Assembly (NCBI RefSeq): GCF_001194135.2
Contig: NC_068987.1
Location: 10,996,037 to 11,060,036 of the forward strand
Reading direction: 5' to 3'
DNA length: 64,000 nt
Source of the DNA: Octopus bimaculoides
Taxonomy: Eukaryota
The notes under the pieces are model-generated. The model searched no databases. It was not told where the DNA came from and worked only from the letters and a program-made list of their open reading frames with translations. Below are positions 1 through 12,500 of the stretch, in pieces. The position numbers were made by a program, and so were the translations under genes. Position 1 is the first letter of the stretch; each line of letters begins with the position of its first letter.

Positions 1-21
1 AAATCTTCAATCAAAATTTTC

Positions 22-258
22 ACAGGCACAGACATGGCTGTGTGGTAAGATGCTTGCTTCCCAACCACATGGTTCCGGTTTCAGTCCCACTGCATGGCAC
101 CTTGAGCAAGTGACTTCTACTACAGCGTCAGTCTGACCAAAGCCTTTTGAGTGGATTTGGTAGATGGAAACTGAAAGAAGCCTGTTGTGTGTAATATATA
201 TANNNNNNNNNNNNNNNNNNNNNNNNNNNNNNNNNNNNNNNNNNNNNNNNNNNNNNNN

Positions 259-290
<32 letters not shown>

Positions 291-420
291 CATTGTGTCT
301 GTGTTTGATCCTCCATCACTGCTTGACAACTGGTATTGATGTGTTTATGTCACCGAAAATTACCGGTTTTACAAAAAGACTGATAGATTAAGTATTAGGC
401 TTAAAAAATATTAAGTCATG
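22..420 (+). mobile_element. tRNA-derived SINE family A (head - internal (TA)n/(TG)n - tail)
   Basis: Head ggctgtgtggtaag...ggttccggtttcagtccc...ccttgagcaagtg; internal microsatellite with an N-gap; tail gtctgtgtttg...caactgg. Confidence 0.8.
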
Positions 421-495
421 TGGTGGTGGAAGACAAAGACATGCACACAGATATATACATACATACATACAAATATATATATATACATTATTATA

Positions 496-773
496 ATAAT
501 AATATTAGGAATAAAAATCCAAATTTACAGATAAAAACTCAGTTAAATTCAATTTATCAAAAATTAAAATTAAATTAAGTTTCACAATATATAATATATA
601 AATATATAATTTAGAGAAAAGAACCAAAGTTCTTCTTATTATTTTATGATTTTTACTTTGTATTTTATCATAGTTCTTTTTAGTGTATTTACTTATTATT
701 TTTTTCTATATGTGACTGTGGATTTTCATGGATGAGTTCATGAACTTAGGTTCTTTTCTCTAAATTATATATT
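496..773. repeat. AT-rich repeat with a 32-bp inverted repeat (601-632 / 742-773)
   Basis: aatatataatttagagaaaagaaccaaagttc versus the reverse complement of gaacttaggttcttttctctaaattatatatt (1 mismatch); the 5' part is shared with 6335-6400. Confidence 0.6.
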
Positions 774-825
774 TATACATACATACGTACTATGTATACA
801 TTCATATATATAAATATACATACAT

Positions 826-988
826 GATGGGCTTTTCCAGTTTCTGTCTCCCAAATTTACTCACAAGGCTTAGGTTGACCTGCAGCTATAGTAGAGAAAC
901 TTGCCCAAGATGCCATGTTGTAGGAGTAAACTTGAAACTACAGGGCCGGAACGTTTACTTCCCAACCTCACAGTCATGCCGGTGCCTA
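826..988 (-). mobile_element. SINE family A head
   Basis: Reverse complement of the family A head. Confidence 0.7.
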
Positions 989-1747
989 CCCACGCCTTCT
1001 CATATGCGTGGGTAGGCACCTAGAGGTTATGCTACTCCCAATAACACACACACACACACATATATATATATAGTGCCCCTGGACTGGCTCTTGTGCGGGT
1101 GGCACATAAAAGACACCATTTCGAGCGTGGCCGTTTTCGTGCGGGTGACACGTAAAAGCACCCACTACACTCTCTGAGTGGTTGGCGTTAGGAAGGGCAT
1201 CCAGCTGTAGAAACTCTGCCAAATTACATNNNNNNNNNNGAGTGGTTGGCGTTAGGAAGGGCATCCAGCTGTAGAAACTCTGCCAAATTACATTGGAGCC
1301 TGGTGTAGCCATCCGGTTGCACCAGTCCTCAGTCAAATCGTCCAACCCATGCTAGCATGGAAAGCGGACGTTAAACGATGATGATGATGATGATGATATA
1401 TATATACTAAAAATAAAAACCAGAAACATCTCATGTTTCTATGTATAAATTACAAAGTTAGAAGTTCTGTTTTTTTTCTCTTTATAAAGCAACTGATTAT
1501 GAGAACAAAGGCTCGGGTTCCATTGCTTATTTGGTTGGTTTCTATTAGATGACCTCTTTAATTCCCACCGTTTGTGTGTGTGTGTGTATGTATGTTCTCA
1601 TGCACATTTGTCTGTCTGCATGCATGTGCATGCGAGCATAACTGTTAGAGAATTTGCTAATTAGAGATGACTGCTGGATGTGTGGCCAGATCATGACCAG
1701 CATGGTTTGAGGCAATGAGCTTGAAACAGATTAGAAATTATAATAAC

Positions 1748-1803
<56 letters not shown>

Positions 1804-2323
1804 TGATGATGATGATATAAAAAAAATTTAAGTACTTGGAAAGTGAGAGGAGAAAACAAGATATGTGAATGATGGTGAAGGAGTTAGTGTGTGATATTAA
1901 AATATATTTAATTCATTAAACTCAGTGAAACTGCTTAAGAAAAAAAAAAAAAAATCTTTCCCTTTCTCCTTCCCTGCTTCCCTGCTACCTTGCACTCTGC
2001 AATTGAAGGTCAGTTGTTTTACGTTCCTCTTCCTTCTTTAGAATTGTCACTCCAGTGTTTATGTGAATTCTTTAATTATGTGGAAGCATATACATGGAAG
2101 AATTACATGCTCATGGCTCCAGCACCGCAAGCAGTTCTCAGCATCCTTTCTAGAAGAATTTATGCTTATTTTTTCCCTCGTCAGTTTTGCTTTTCATTTT
2201 ACTGAGGTTGATAAAATAACTATCAGTCATGTAGAAGCAGGCACGGCTGTGTGATTAAGAGGTTTGCTTTATAGCCATCCAATCCTTGAGTTCCAGGTTC
2301 AGTCCTACTGCATGACACCTTAA

Positions 2324-2613
2324 CCCATTACCTACCAGTGATCTCATATGAGATCACTTAAAAATTAAAAATTTTGTAATTATCTGTCAATATTTACACA
2401 TATCTAACCGTTTTGCTATATCTACTAGGTATATTTCTCTGATATTCAAATGAGGTTTGCTAATTTTTCACCCAATATCTTGCTTATTTCTATTTAAAAT
2501 GTTATTTTGAAATGTTATTTTGATCATCCCAGCATGTTTCTAAGGCTGTTTTATGCTAGAAATCAAAGTTTCATAAAAAAATTCAAGTTAATAGAATTAT
2601 GGGAGGTAATGGG
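2324..2613. mobile_element. piggyBac-type MITE with a TTAA TSD, inserted into a family A SINE
   Basis: TTAA-CCCATTACCTACCA ... TGGGAGGTAATGGG-TTAA (13/14 TIR match); the SINE head is at about 2240-2319 and resumes after 2617. Confidence 0.8.
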
Positions 2614-3211
2614 TTAAGTAACTGTTTTTTTACTGTAGCCGAGGGCTGACTAATGTCTTATGAATGAATTTGGCTGGCAGAAACTGTGTGGAGGTCTGTC
2701 ATATGTTGTGTGTGTGTGTCTGTGCATTTGTGTTTGACTCTCACTGCTTAACAGCTGGTGTTAGTTTGTTTACATCCCTATAATTTAATGATTTGACAAT
2801 AAGAAACTGACAGAATTAGTACCAGAATGAAAATAAATACAAAGGTCAATTTGTTCAGCTAAACCTTTCAAAGTAGTGCCCCAGCATGGCCACAGTTCAA
2901 TGAGTGAAGTGAATGCAATAGAAACGTAACAGTGTTGTCTATATCATTTTCTTTTGTGTAATTTTATCCCAAACAAAGCCTGAGGCCTTTGTAACATTAG
3001 GGATTACAAAGAGAGAAAAATAGGGTCCTACAAATTCAAAAGGTGTTAATTGACAGAAAAGCTTAAAGAATGAAATATCATAAAACTGAATTGGATTTCA
3101 CAGAATTTGCTTGAGTTTTAGTGAAAAGGAAACTTTATTACTGGTTTGGTGTTGAGCTTTCTTTCCTAAAGTTCATGGCCCTTTTGTTGATTTTAATTTT
3201 GAATATATCAA

Positions 3212-3424
3212 CCCTTTAGCATTCAGATTATTTTGTCTCAAGTAAAGCTTAATTACATTGTTTTGAAATAATAAAGCAGTCCTTATGCCTATGTTACCAT
3301 GTCATTCTAAAAATAAACAGTCACATCATCAAAATTTTGAAGCGTTGAGATAATGCATGATTAATTTAAAACAATGTGAATAAATAAGCTTTACATTTGA
3401 TGGAGTAATCTGAATAATAAAGGG
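3212..3424. mobile_element. piggyBac-type MITE (CCCTTTAGCATT termini)
   Basis: TCAA-CCCTTTAGCATTCAGATTA ... TAATCTGAATAATAAAGGG-TTAA. Related copies at about 11235-11455, 11750-11915, 18350-18532, 49655-49740 and 49882-50102. Confidence 0.7.
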
Positions 3425-4225
3425 TTAAATATGGTAAATCTCTTCATTAGTTTCCTTACAGTTTTTTTTTTTTTACTTAGTGGAGGCACAGGGCCAACTT
3501 CTTGTAAGTAATGGGATAATCAAATAAATTAGATTGACCCTGGTGTAGTATTGGTGTTCAGTTTATTGATTCTAAATGACACTGGTGGAATTTGAACACA
3601 GAACTCTGTAGAAAGAGAGAGATAGAGAAGAGAGAGAGAGAGAGGGGGAGGGGAAGAGAGAAAGAAAGAGAAGTAAAAATCAGTGAAACATCTTGTCTGC
3701 ACTTTACTTGAGTCACCTCTCCTGCTCTATCAACACTTTATATTAAAACTTGTGATATTGTGTGTGTGTGTGTGTGTGTTATTGATTTATTATTACAGTT
3801 GAGGTTGGCTGGCTGGCTCGCCTGATGTTTGGAGATTGCTGTGGAACAGTAGCAGAGTTGTTTGTCAACAAGGGAAGAACTGGAAGTTGATTGTGTTGTG
3901 TAGTAAAAGCATTGGTAGATTATTTTTTGAATGGTTGGGCTTGATACCGAGGTGCGTAACGATGGTGGTGGTGGGGGTACGCTGTGACTGATGAGTTGAT
4001 ACAGATGTGGGTTCGAATCCGTGTCTTGTTGTTCTGAACATCATGCTCTATTGCTGCTGCTGATGGCAGTGATGACAGTGACAAAGATGACTGATCTATA
4101 TAGGGAGGGACAAAGCCAGAAATTCTGAAAGGTGGCAGAGGTTAGTCGATATCATTTAACTTCACTACTTCACTTTTATCAGCCGTGGAGGATTGAAAAG
4201 CAAATTCTGCCAATTCACCACCCCC

Positions 4226-4269
<44 letters not shown>

Positions 4270-4439
4270 TTTCACTACTTCCCCTCCCCAAGCTTTCAGT
4301 CATACTGTAACATCTCTTATCCTTCACTTGCCTCAGGACGCTGGGTGTGTTCCAGCAAGTTTTTTGTTTTGTTTTTTACTTTTTTCAATCGTTAAACTGT
4401 GGCGATGTTGGGGTATTATTGCCTTGAGGAATTTTCAGT

Positions 4440-4739
4440 CAAATGAAGTGACCCCAAGATATATTTTTGTTCTGTATTAAGCCTGGATCTTACTCTATTG
4501 GTCTCTCGCTGAACTGAGTTATGGGAATGTAAACACACCTACACCAGTTGCCAAGTAGCAGTGGGAGGCTGGGGAAACACTGACACAAAGACACACACAC
4601 ACACATATGCCACAGGTTTCTTTCAGTTTCTGTCTACCAAATCCACTGACAAGGCTTTACTCAGCCCGAGGCTATAGTAGAAGACACTGAAGCCAGAACC
4701 ATGTGGTTGGGAAGCAAGCTTCTTACCACACAGCCACGT
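4440..4739 (-). mobile_element. SINE family A
   Basis: Reverse-complement tail and head flanking (CA)n. Confidence 0.75.
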
Positions 4740-5130
4740 TTGTTTACTTCCCCGTAATTAGTTTGTTCAGCAAAAGAGACAAGTAGAATAAGCATGCCTG
4801 ATAAGTTCTGGAGTCAATTTGTTCCACTGAAAAACTAAAGCCTTTCAAGATGATGCCCTCAAATGACTGCTCGTCCATTGGACCAAAACCTGTAAAAGAA
4901 ACCAGAAGAGACACCTGTGTTGAGGGTTTTGACTCTTCTGCCAGTTTGATGCCCTTAAATGGAAAACAAAAATAGAAACCACAAATAAAGAAAAATATGA
5001 ACAAGTCAGTCGTTTGTAATGTATCCTTATGACAACATAGTTTGAAAGATGAAAAGCTCGTTGATGACTGATTAGAGACCCCTTTTAATATTTACTGGGG
5101 TTTGCCCTGCTATATATTTATATATAGATA

Positions 5131-5281
5131 CTGTTGTGTCTAAGGAGAGTCATTCTCTTTTAGTGCCTTATAATTTACCACACTCACCGGTAAAATTTCC
5201 ACTCATTTAATTATTTATTTACTGGTGAGTGTATTAAATAATAAGGCACAAAAAGAAAATGACTCTCCCCAGACACAACAG
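5131..5281. mobile_element. Palindromic MITE-like element (about 65-bp imperfect arms)
   Basis: ctgttgtgtctaaggagagtcattctctttagtgccttataattta..cactcaccggtaaa versus the reverse complement of tttactggtgagtg...gactctccccagacacaacag. Confidence 0.75.
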
Positions 5282-5343
5282 AATATGCTTCAGCACACGA
5301 ACTCACATAAAGAATCTTGCAAACCAAATCCAAAAGCGAAATA

Positions 5344-5403
<60 letters not shown>

Positions 5404-6063
5404 CATATACACACACACATATATATATATACATATATTTATGTACACACACACACACACACACACACAAATAGCAACAGCGGTGCAACTTGAGATAAGT
5501 TATACTGATTATTGTCATTGAATATGAGTTCTAACCATGAGAACCTTTTGTGATGTTTTTTGCTTTTTTTTATTATTATATTTTACCAAGCTAATTTTCT
5601 ATCTTTTNNNNNNNNNNNNNNNNNNNNNNNNNNNNNNNNNNNNNNNNNNNNNNNNNNNNNNNNNNNNNNNNNNNNNNNNNNNNNNNNNNNNNNNNNNNNN
5701 NNNNNNNNNNNNNNNNNNNNNNNNNNNNNNNNNNNNNNNNNNNNNNNNNNNNNNNNNNNNNNNNNNNNNNNNNNNNNNNNNNNNNNNNNNNNNNNNNNNN
5801 NNNNNNNNNNNNNNNNNNNNNNNNNNNNNNNNNNNNNNNNNNNNNNNNNNNNNNNNNNNNNNNNNNNNNNNNNNNNNNNNNNNNNNNNNNNNNNNNNNNN
5901 NNNNNNNNNNNNNNNNNNNNNNNNNNNNNNNNNNNNNNNNNNNNNNNNNNNNNNNNNNNNNNNNNNNNNNNNNNNNNNNNNNNNNNNNNNNNNNNNNNNN
6001 NNNNNNNNNNNNNNNNNNNNNNNNNNNNNNNNNNNNNNNNNNNNNNNNNNNNNNNNNNNNNNN

Positions 6064-6094
<31 letters not shown>

Positions 6095-6144
6095 TCTCTC
6101 TCTCTCTCTTTATGTATATATATATATATATATATATATGATAG

Positions 6145-6400
6145 ATTGCTGACCACTATACATATTTTTTTCTCTCCTTATTTCTTTCTGTGTTCCTTTC
6201 TGTTGAAGAGCGTAGGCTCGAAACGTTAAAGACTTTCTCTATTCCTGAGCGTTATACTAATACATCCATTTGTTGTTTGCACCACCTGTCTTCGTCTGTT
6301 GTTTTTTCGTGAATTATCCCATATATATATGATAATAATATTAAGGATAAAAATCCAAATTTACAGGGAAAAATTCAATTTAATTTAATTCAATTTAATT
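6145..6400 (+). mobile_element. Penelope-like terminal-repeat fragment with a minimal hammerhead-like motif
   Basis: CTTT-CTGTTGA-A-GAGC-GTAG-GCTC-GAAAC-GTT-AAAG at 6196-6231, with palindromic AACGTT. The segment at 6335-6400 is homologous to 496-560. Confidence 0.55.
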
Positions 6401-7681
6401 TAATTTATATCTATATATATATATATACATACATATATATATATATATGTGTGTGTTTGTGTATATATATAAATTGATTGCATTGACTTCAGGATTCAAC
6501 TGGTACTTTTATTTTATCGAACCCTGAAAGGATGAAAGGCAACATTGACCTCAACAGAATTTGAACTCAGAATGTGAAGACAGGCAAAATACTGCTAACC
6601 ATTTTGCCTGGAACATTAATGATTCTGCTAACTTGCCACCTTAATAATAATAATGATGATGATGATGATGATTAGGCCTCTAAATTTCTGGCTAGCTTTC
6701 TTGTTATTTCTTATTATTTCCTTTGGTTCCTACACATGGAACTGATATGGGTTTAGTTAATGTACAATACTCTCTGTCTGTCTGTCTGTCTCTCTCTGCC
6801 TCTCCATCCCTCCCTCTCTCTGCCTCTCCATCCCTCTCTCTCTCTCCTCACACAATCACACATCATAATGGATGTAGCATATGTCCAGAAAGTTGCTCTT
6901 GTTATTTCTACTCCCACTGTTTGTTTCAAGTATCTGAAGGGTGTACACAAAGGTACACTACTGTCGCCGCTTCTGTTAATCATCAAATATACCACAAGTT
7001 GTTTTTATTGCCCGTTCTTATTTCCTGGTCGATGTTATGTCGCCTCAGTTATGTCTCTATTTGAAATGTAAAAAACATCACATCCCATTTCTTTTAAACC
7101 CCCCCCCCNNNNNNNNNNAAAAAAAAAATTCCCAGGCTTCTCAGTAAACTTAGCAATGATTAGACAAGTTTCCCACCCCTTGTGTCTCATTTTTATTGCT
7201 CCTCGTTAATATTAAATCACTGATAACCCTCCTTATTACTAATATATATATTATGTTAGTGGTCTCTGACTAACTTAGCACATGTTAAAATTCTCTTGAT
7301 CTCACTAAAGCCTACTATTTAAACCAGTTTGTATGAGTTGTGAATTAATTTTATTAGTTTTCACTAGTGGTTACAATTAATAGTGCATTAACTTAATGCC
7401 TGAGTAATATGAAGGATTTGTTCTGCATTTATTATTTAAATATAGTTAATTAGACCAACCATATGAATGCTTTACATTCAACTAGAAAATTTCAGTGTTG
7501 AACAGCTGTGTTGATTGTATAATTGATGGCCAGTCACCACCAAGAAGTCAAAAATAATGTTGGCCTGGTATTAATATCATTTGGACTATAGAGAATTTGT
7601 GGTTAGTCATTTAGTAAGCATTTTTAACTAAATCACATCTAAACTATTACACATATATTCATAAATTATTAAATGTCATCA

Positions 7682-7880
7682 GGCGAGCTGGGAGAATTGT
7701 TAGCACACTTGAGAAAGTGCTTTGAGACATATTCTGAGTTCATATTCCAGTGAGGTCGACTTTGCCTTTCATCCTTATGGGGTTGATGAAATAAGTACCA
7801 GTTGAATGCTGGAGTCAATGTAATCAACTAGCCCCTACTCCCAAATTTCAGGTCTTGTGCCTATAATAGAAAGGATTATT
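7682..7880 (+). mobile_element. tRNA-derived SINE family D (central GACTTTGCCTTTCATCCTT..GGGGTCGATAAA.TAAGTACCAG domain)
   Basis: ggcgagctgg..gaattgttagcac...gagttc...gaggtcgactttgcctttcatcc. The central motif recalls the Meta/Sauria-type SINE domain (from memory). More than 20 copies in the window, e.g. 6470, 15863, 31395, 33900, 37740, 38569, 41400, 50535, 54240, 62810, 63050, 63330. Confidence 0.8.
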
Positions 7881-8136
7881 CATTTGTTTACCAAAATGTC
7901 TGCCAAATATTTTCTTTTTCTGTGGTTACCTGTAACTCGCAAATTACGACATGTCTCAGGTGTGGCTATGCCATTAAGAAGCTTGCTTCCCAACCATGTG
8001 GTTCCAGGTTCAGTCCCACCATGTGATACCTTGGGCAAGTGTCTTCTGCTATAGCCCTGAGCCAATCAAAACTGTGAGAGGATTTGGAAGATGGGAAAAC
8101 AATGTAGAAGTCCATCGTGTATATGATATGCATATA

Positions 8137-8170
<34 letters not shown>

Positions 8171-8691
8171 CTTGTCTCGAAGCCACATGATGGTTGTAAA
8201 CAAGTATGTTATTTGTTTACAGTTTTCTGTGAAAAGAATATCTGGCCATAAGGAAATATTACCTTGCTTGAAGACAGGTGAGGGTTGGTGACAGGAATGG
8301 CATCCAACCATAGACAGTCTGCCTCAACAATTTCTGTTGTCTGACCCATGCCAGCATAGAAGAGTGGACTTTCAGAAAAATAAAAATAAAAAATAAAATG
8401 AAATGAATGTTTCTAAACGTAAATATTACTCTGTCTTAGCATCTGCTGTAAATAATTGTGGATGATGAGGAAAGGTGGAAAGATTTTTGAAATTTTGTGA
8501 TTGACTTGTTTGGAAAATCATCTTCTGTTTTAAAAGATGCCATTAACTTTTTGTATTCGGTGGCATAATTCCATAGAAGTTAGAAGCAATATATCCTACA
8601 TAAGCCTTTTTCTTGAAATTTTCATGTTTCTCTTTGATCTTTCAGAGTTGCTTCCACCTCTTGTATACAATCCTATATAATGTTGTTTATC

Positions 8692-9048
8692 GTGGAGGTG
8701 CAATGGCCCAGTGGTTAGGGTAGCGGACTCGTGGTTATAGTATCGCGGTTTCGATTCCCAGACCGGGCGTTGTGAGTGTTTATTGAGCGAAAACACCTAA
8801 AGCTCCACGAGGCTCCGGCAGAAAATAGTGGCGAACCCTGCTGTACTCTTTCACCACAACTTTCTCTCACTCTTTCTGTTGTGCCTATATTTCAAAGGGC
8901 CAGCCTTGTCACACTCCCCGAGTACTATGTTAAGGGTACACGTGTCTGTGGAGTGCTCAGCCACTTGCACGTTAATTTCACGAGCTGGCTGTTCTGTTGA
9001 TCGGATCAACTGGAACCCTCGTCGTCGTAAGCGACGGAGTGCCAACAA
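8692..9048 (+). mobile_element. tRNA-derived SINE family C (about 380 bp)
   Basis: gtggaggtgcaatggcccagtggttagg...ggtttcgattccc...ggagtgccaacaa; two small internal deletions relative to the 10701 copy. Confidence 0.85.
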
Positions 9049-10700
9049 AATGTTTTTGGTATTTAACTTTGAGCATCAATAAGTAAATGTGGTGCCGTGC
9101 AGTGGGACTGAACCAGAAACCATGCGGTTGGGAAGCAAGCTTCTTAACCACAAAGCCATCTGTGTCTTTAGTATTCAGATATTCCGTTGATTCCATGGTT
9201 TGCTCCTGTTTGGCCAGACATCATGCTAAGTTGTAAACAGAAAAATCGTGTTGGCGCTGAGCCAACTTTTGGAGACAAAGTATTGTTGATAGTGTTGTTA
9301 TTCGTGTTAGACTTAGAGGGACAAAAGGCAGAAATGAACTCCTTAACTTTAGAAAGCTTTGAATTTGAAACTAAAGAGAAATGAAACAAAACCCATTTAA
9401 TTTGGCACTACTATTTCTGCTGACTGGTAATTAGAAAACAATAATTATATTTAAAGCCATATTTTCTCAAAGAAATATTTTATATTAATATAGAAACATT
9501 TCATATTAACACACATTAGGTAAAATTTTCTTAAATGGAAAATATTCTCTTTCAAAGAAATTATGCTTGATAAATCACATACATATATAAGTAACTAATT
9601 ATATTTTCTTTTCTTTATTCGCATTTATTTCATTTTCATTATAATAATTGTATTTTCTTTTATTGTTTGTGTTTTCAAAAACAAATCACATTTTCTATTG
9701 TAAATTAATTGCTTTGCAGTGGTAATGTATGTAAAGTATATTGATGCACACACACACACACACACACACACATTCTGCTTGAAAATCTTGTTTCGAAACA
9801 ATAAAGCAATTTTCTTACTATTTTGTGTAATCTTTTTGATGTCGGTGGGGAATGTAAATAAATGGGCTAACATTCTGCTGTTAAAATCTCCTTTATAGCA
9901 GTTTAGTTGGATAGCATCGATATCCAGGCCGACTGATAACATTGTTGTCGTCAAGGAAAAATAGATTTCAACTAAGCAGATTGCTCTGCTATCAGATGAA
10001 CACAATGCGTTCCATTCTTATCACCAATACTGATGCATGAGGGGGGAAAAGAAAAGAAAAAAAAATAATAACACATTTCTGACAAAACTATACTATTATT
10101 GCATCAGTTTGTATGTTAAAATAATTGCACTCTGTGATATTAAATGTTAGAAAAATATTCCGAGATAACCATCATTTTTCTGCATTGTTGGGAAAAATCT
10201 TTACGATGTGTACAAGATACGAGGAAAAGTTCTCGTCTTCAGCATATTGCAATATGGAGGAGGGTAAGTATTGGTTCGATAAAAATCACGAAGAATCATT
10301 GATAAAAATCAATATGCTGATTGGGGTGTGATTTACCCATACCTACCACCCCCTCCTCCACTCAATTACGTTTATTTTGCCGTTGTATCTCAAAGAGCAT
10401 GTAATTCATATTTTTTTATTTATATAGTAGCAATAATAGTGCAGTGGATGAAGTGTGTGCTGCTTACCAGCCCAAGAATGTAAAGCACCAATATCTATCC
10501 TAAGCCTCCAGCAATGGCATTCCTTTCAGTAGCCTGGGCCACCTGGTTACTGTAGATTAGCTTGCAGGAGAAGATTCTGTTCATTGCTGTTGGCTCCATA
10601 TAATTGTTTCTTATTTCGGCATAAGGCCAGTAATTTTTGCGAAAGAGAGAAGATTAATTAATCAACCGTTTTGTTATTATATTCCTGTTTAAATACACTG

Positions 10701-11084
10701 TTGTTGGCACTCCGTTGCTTACAACGTCGAGGGTTCCAGTTGATCCGATCAACGGAACAGCCTGCTCGTGAAATTAACGTGTAAGTGGCTGAGCACTCCA
10801 CAGACACGCGCACCCTTAACGTAGTTCTCGGGGATATTCAGCGTGACACAGTGTGACAAGGCTGACCCTTTGAAATACAGTTACAACAGAAACAGGAAGT
10901 AAGAGTGAGAGAAAGTTGTGGTGAAAGAGTACAGCAGGGTTCGCCACCATCCTCTGCCGGAGCCTCGTGGAGCTTTTAGGTGTTTTCGCTCAATAAACAC
11001 TCACAACGCCCGGTCTGGGAATCGAAACCGCGATCCTATGACCACGAGTCCGCTGCCCTAACCACTGGGCCATTGCGCCTCCAC
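10701..11084 (-). mobile_element. SINE family C, intact copy with a 9-bp TSD
   Basis: Full reverse-complement copy; aaatacact at 10691-10699 and 11086-11094. Confidence 0.9.
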
Positions 11085-12191
11085 AAAATACACTAAATGC
11101 ACTAACTTTGTTTCAAATGATTTTGAAAATAATGAAAATTTTAGTAAAAATCACTTTTGCCCTTATTTAGCTGATGCTTGAGAACATAAATTCACATAAA
11201 ATTTCATTGGAAATTTATTTTAAATCACTTTAATCCTTTAGCATTTAAACCAGCCATATGAGACCCAGATATTTTACCTGTTTTATGCTCAAACTGGCCA
11301 GGTCCTGCTTCTCACACCTACTCTACAATGTCATTCTAAAAATAAACAATCACATCATTGAAATGTCAGAGGTGTAAGATAATACATAATTAATTTAAAA
11401 CAATGAAAATAAATAAGTATGACATATGACAGAGAAATCTGAGTGCTAAAGGGAAGTTTATTTCATAGAACTGGGGAAGTGGTTCCAATAAGGTCCGTAT
11501 CAAAAACGTGCTTAATTGATTTTTTTTTTTTATTGACCCAGGATGGATGAAAGTCTAAGTTGATCTTGATTGGATTAAAACTGCGGGATATTTTTTCCAG
11601 TGCTCTAACAATTCTACAATTGTTTTTTTTTTCTGTTACCATTTAGTGGTGGAACAGAGAGGAAGAATCCATGATACATAAACTGTTACTGTGACTAAAT
11701 NNNNNNNNNNGGGGGGGGGGGGAGACTGCTCACTTTGGGAACCACTGCTTTAAATTAATCATGCATTATCTTGTAGTTTCAAATTTCAGGGATGTGATTG
11801 TTTATTCTTAAAATGACATTGTAGCATAGGTGTGAGAGGCTGGATCTGGCCTGTTTAAATATAAAGCAATTAGAATTTTGAGGCCAGATATGGCCTGTTT
11901 AAATGCTAAAGGATTAAACACAATGTTTTTATCATATAAACAGGGGCAGTCTGAGGTAAGTTGGTATCAAAGAAGTTAAGCCAGGTAAAGAAGTTAAACC
12001 CAGGCTTCTGTTAAATTCCTCTAATGATTCTGATGGGTTACAGCAGAGGTTCTCAAACCTTAGGGGGCCACCGCCTCCCCACTATTAGCCACATAATACC
12101 CTCAGCACCCCACCCCTATTTTTATGTATAAATATTTTATATTTTGCTAATTTATATATCCTATGAATCATTTGACATTTAATATAATATT

Positions 12192-12500
12192 TGTGGCACT
12201 CCGTCAGTTATGACGACGAAGGTTCCAGTTGATCCGATCAATAGAACAGCCTGCTCGTGAAATTAACGTTCAAGTGGCTGAGTACTCCACAGACATGTGT
12301 ATCCTTAACGTAGTTCTCGGGGAGATTCAGCGTAGCACAGAGTGTGACAAGGCTGGCCCTTTGAATTACAGGTACAACAGAAACAGGAAGAAAGAGTAAG
12401 AGAAAGTTGTGGTGAAAGAGTACAGCAAGGTTCACCACCATCTCCTGCCAGAGCCTCGTAGAGCTTTAGGTGTTTTTGCTCAATAAACACCCACAACACC
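12192..12500 (-). mobile_element. SINE family C, 5'-truncated
   Basis: Matches the 10701 copy up to caataaacac-cacaac. Confidence 0.85.

Noticed and set aside
1176-1293. 54-bp direct repeat either side of a 10-N gap
   Set aside because: Typical scaffolding overlap artefact within one RTE-UTR copy.
4860-4910. Strong minus-strand acceptor followed by GFGPMDEQ
   Set aside because: It aligns to a diverged family A SINE tail rather than to an exon.
5537-6229. ORFs over 180 aa spanning N-runs (also 20247-20897, 25864-26600, 31825-32449, 34031-34604)
   Set aside because: Their length comes from unknown bases (X) and dinucleotide repeats.
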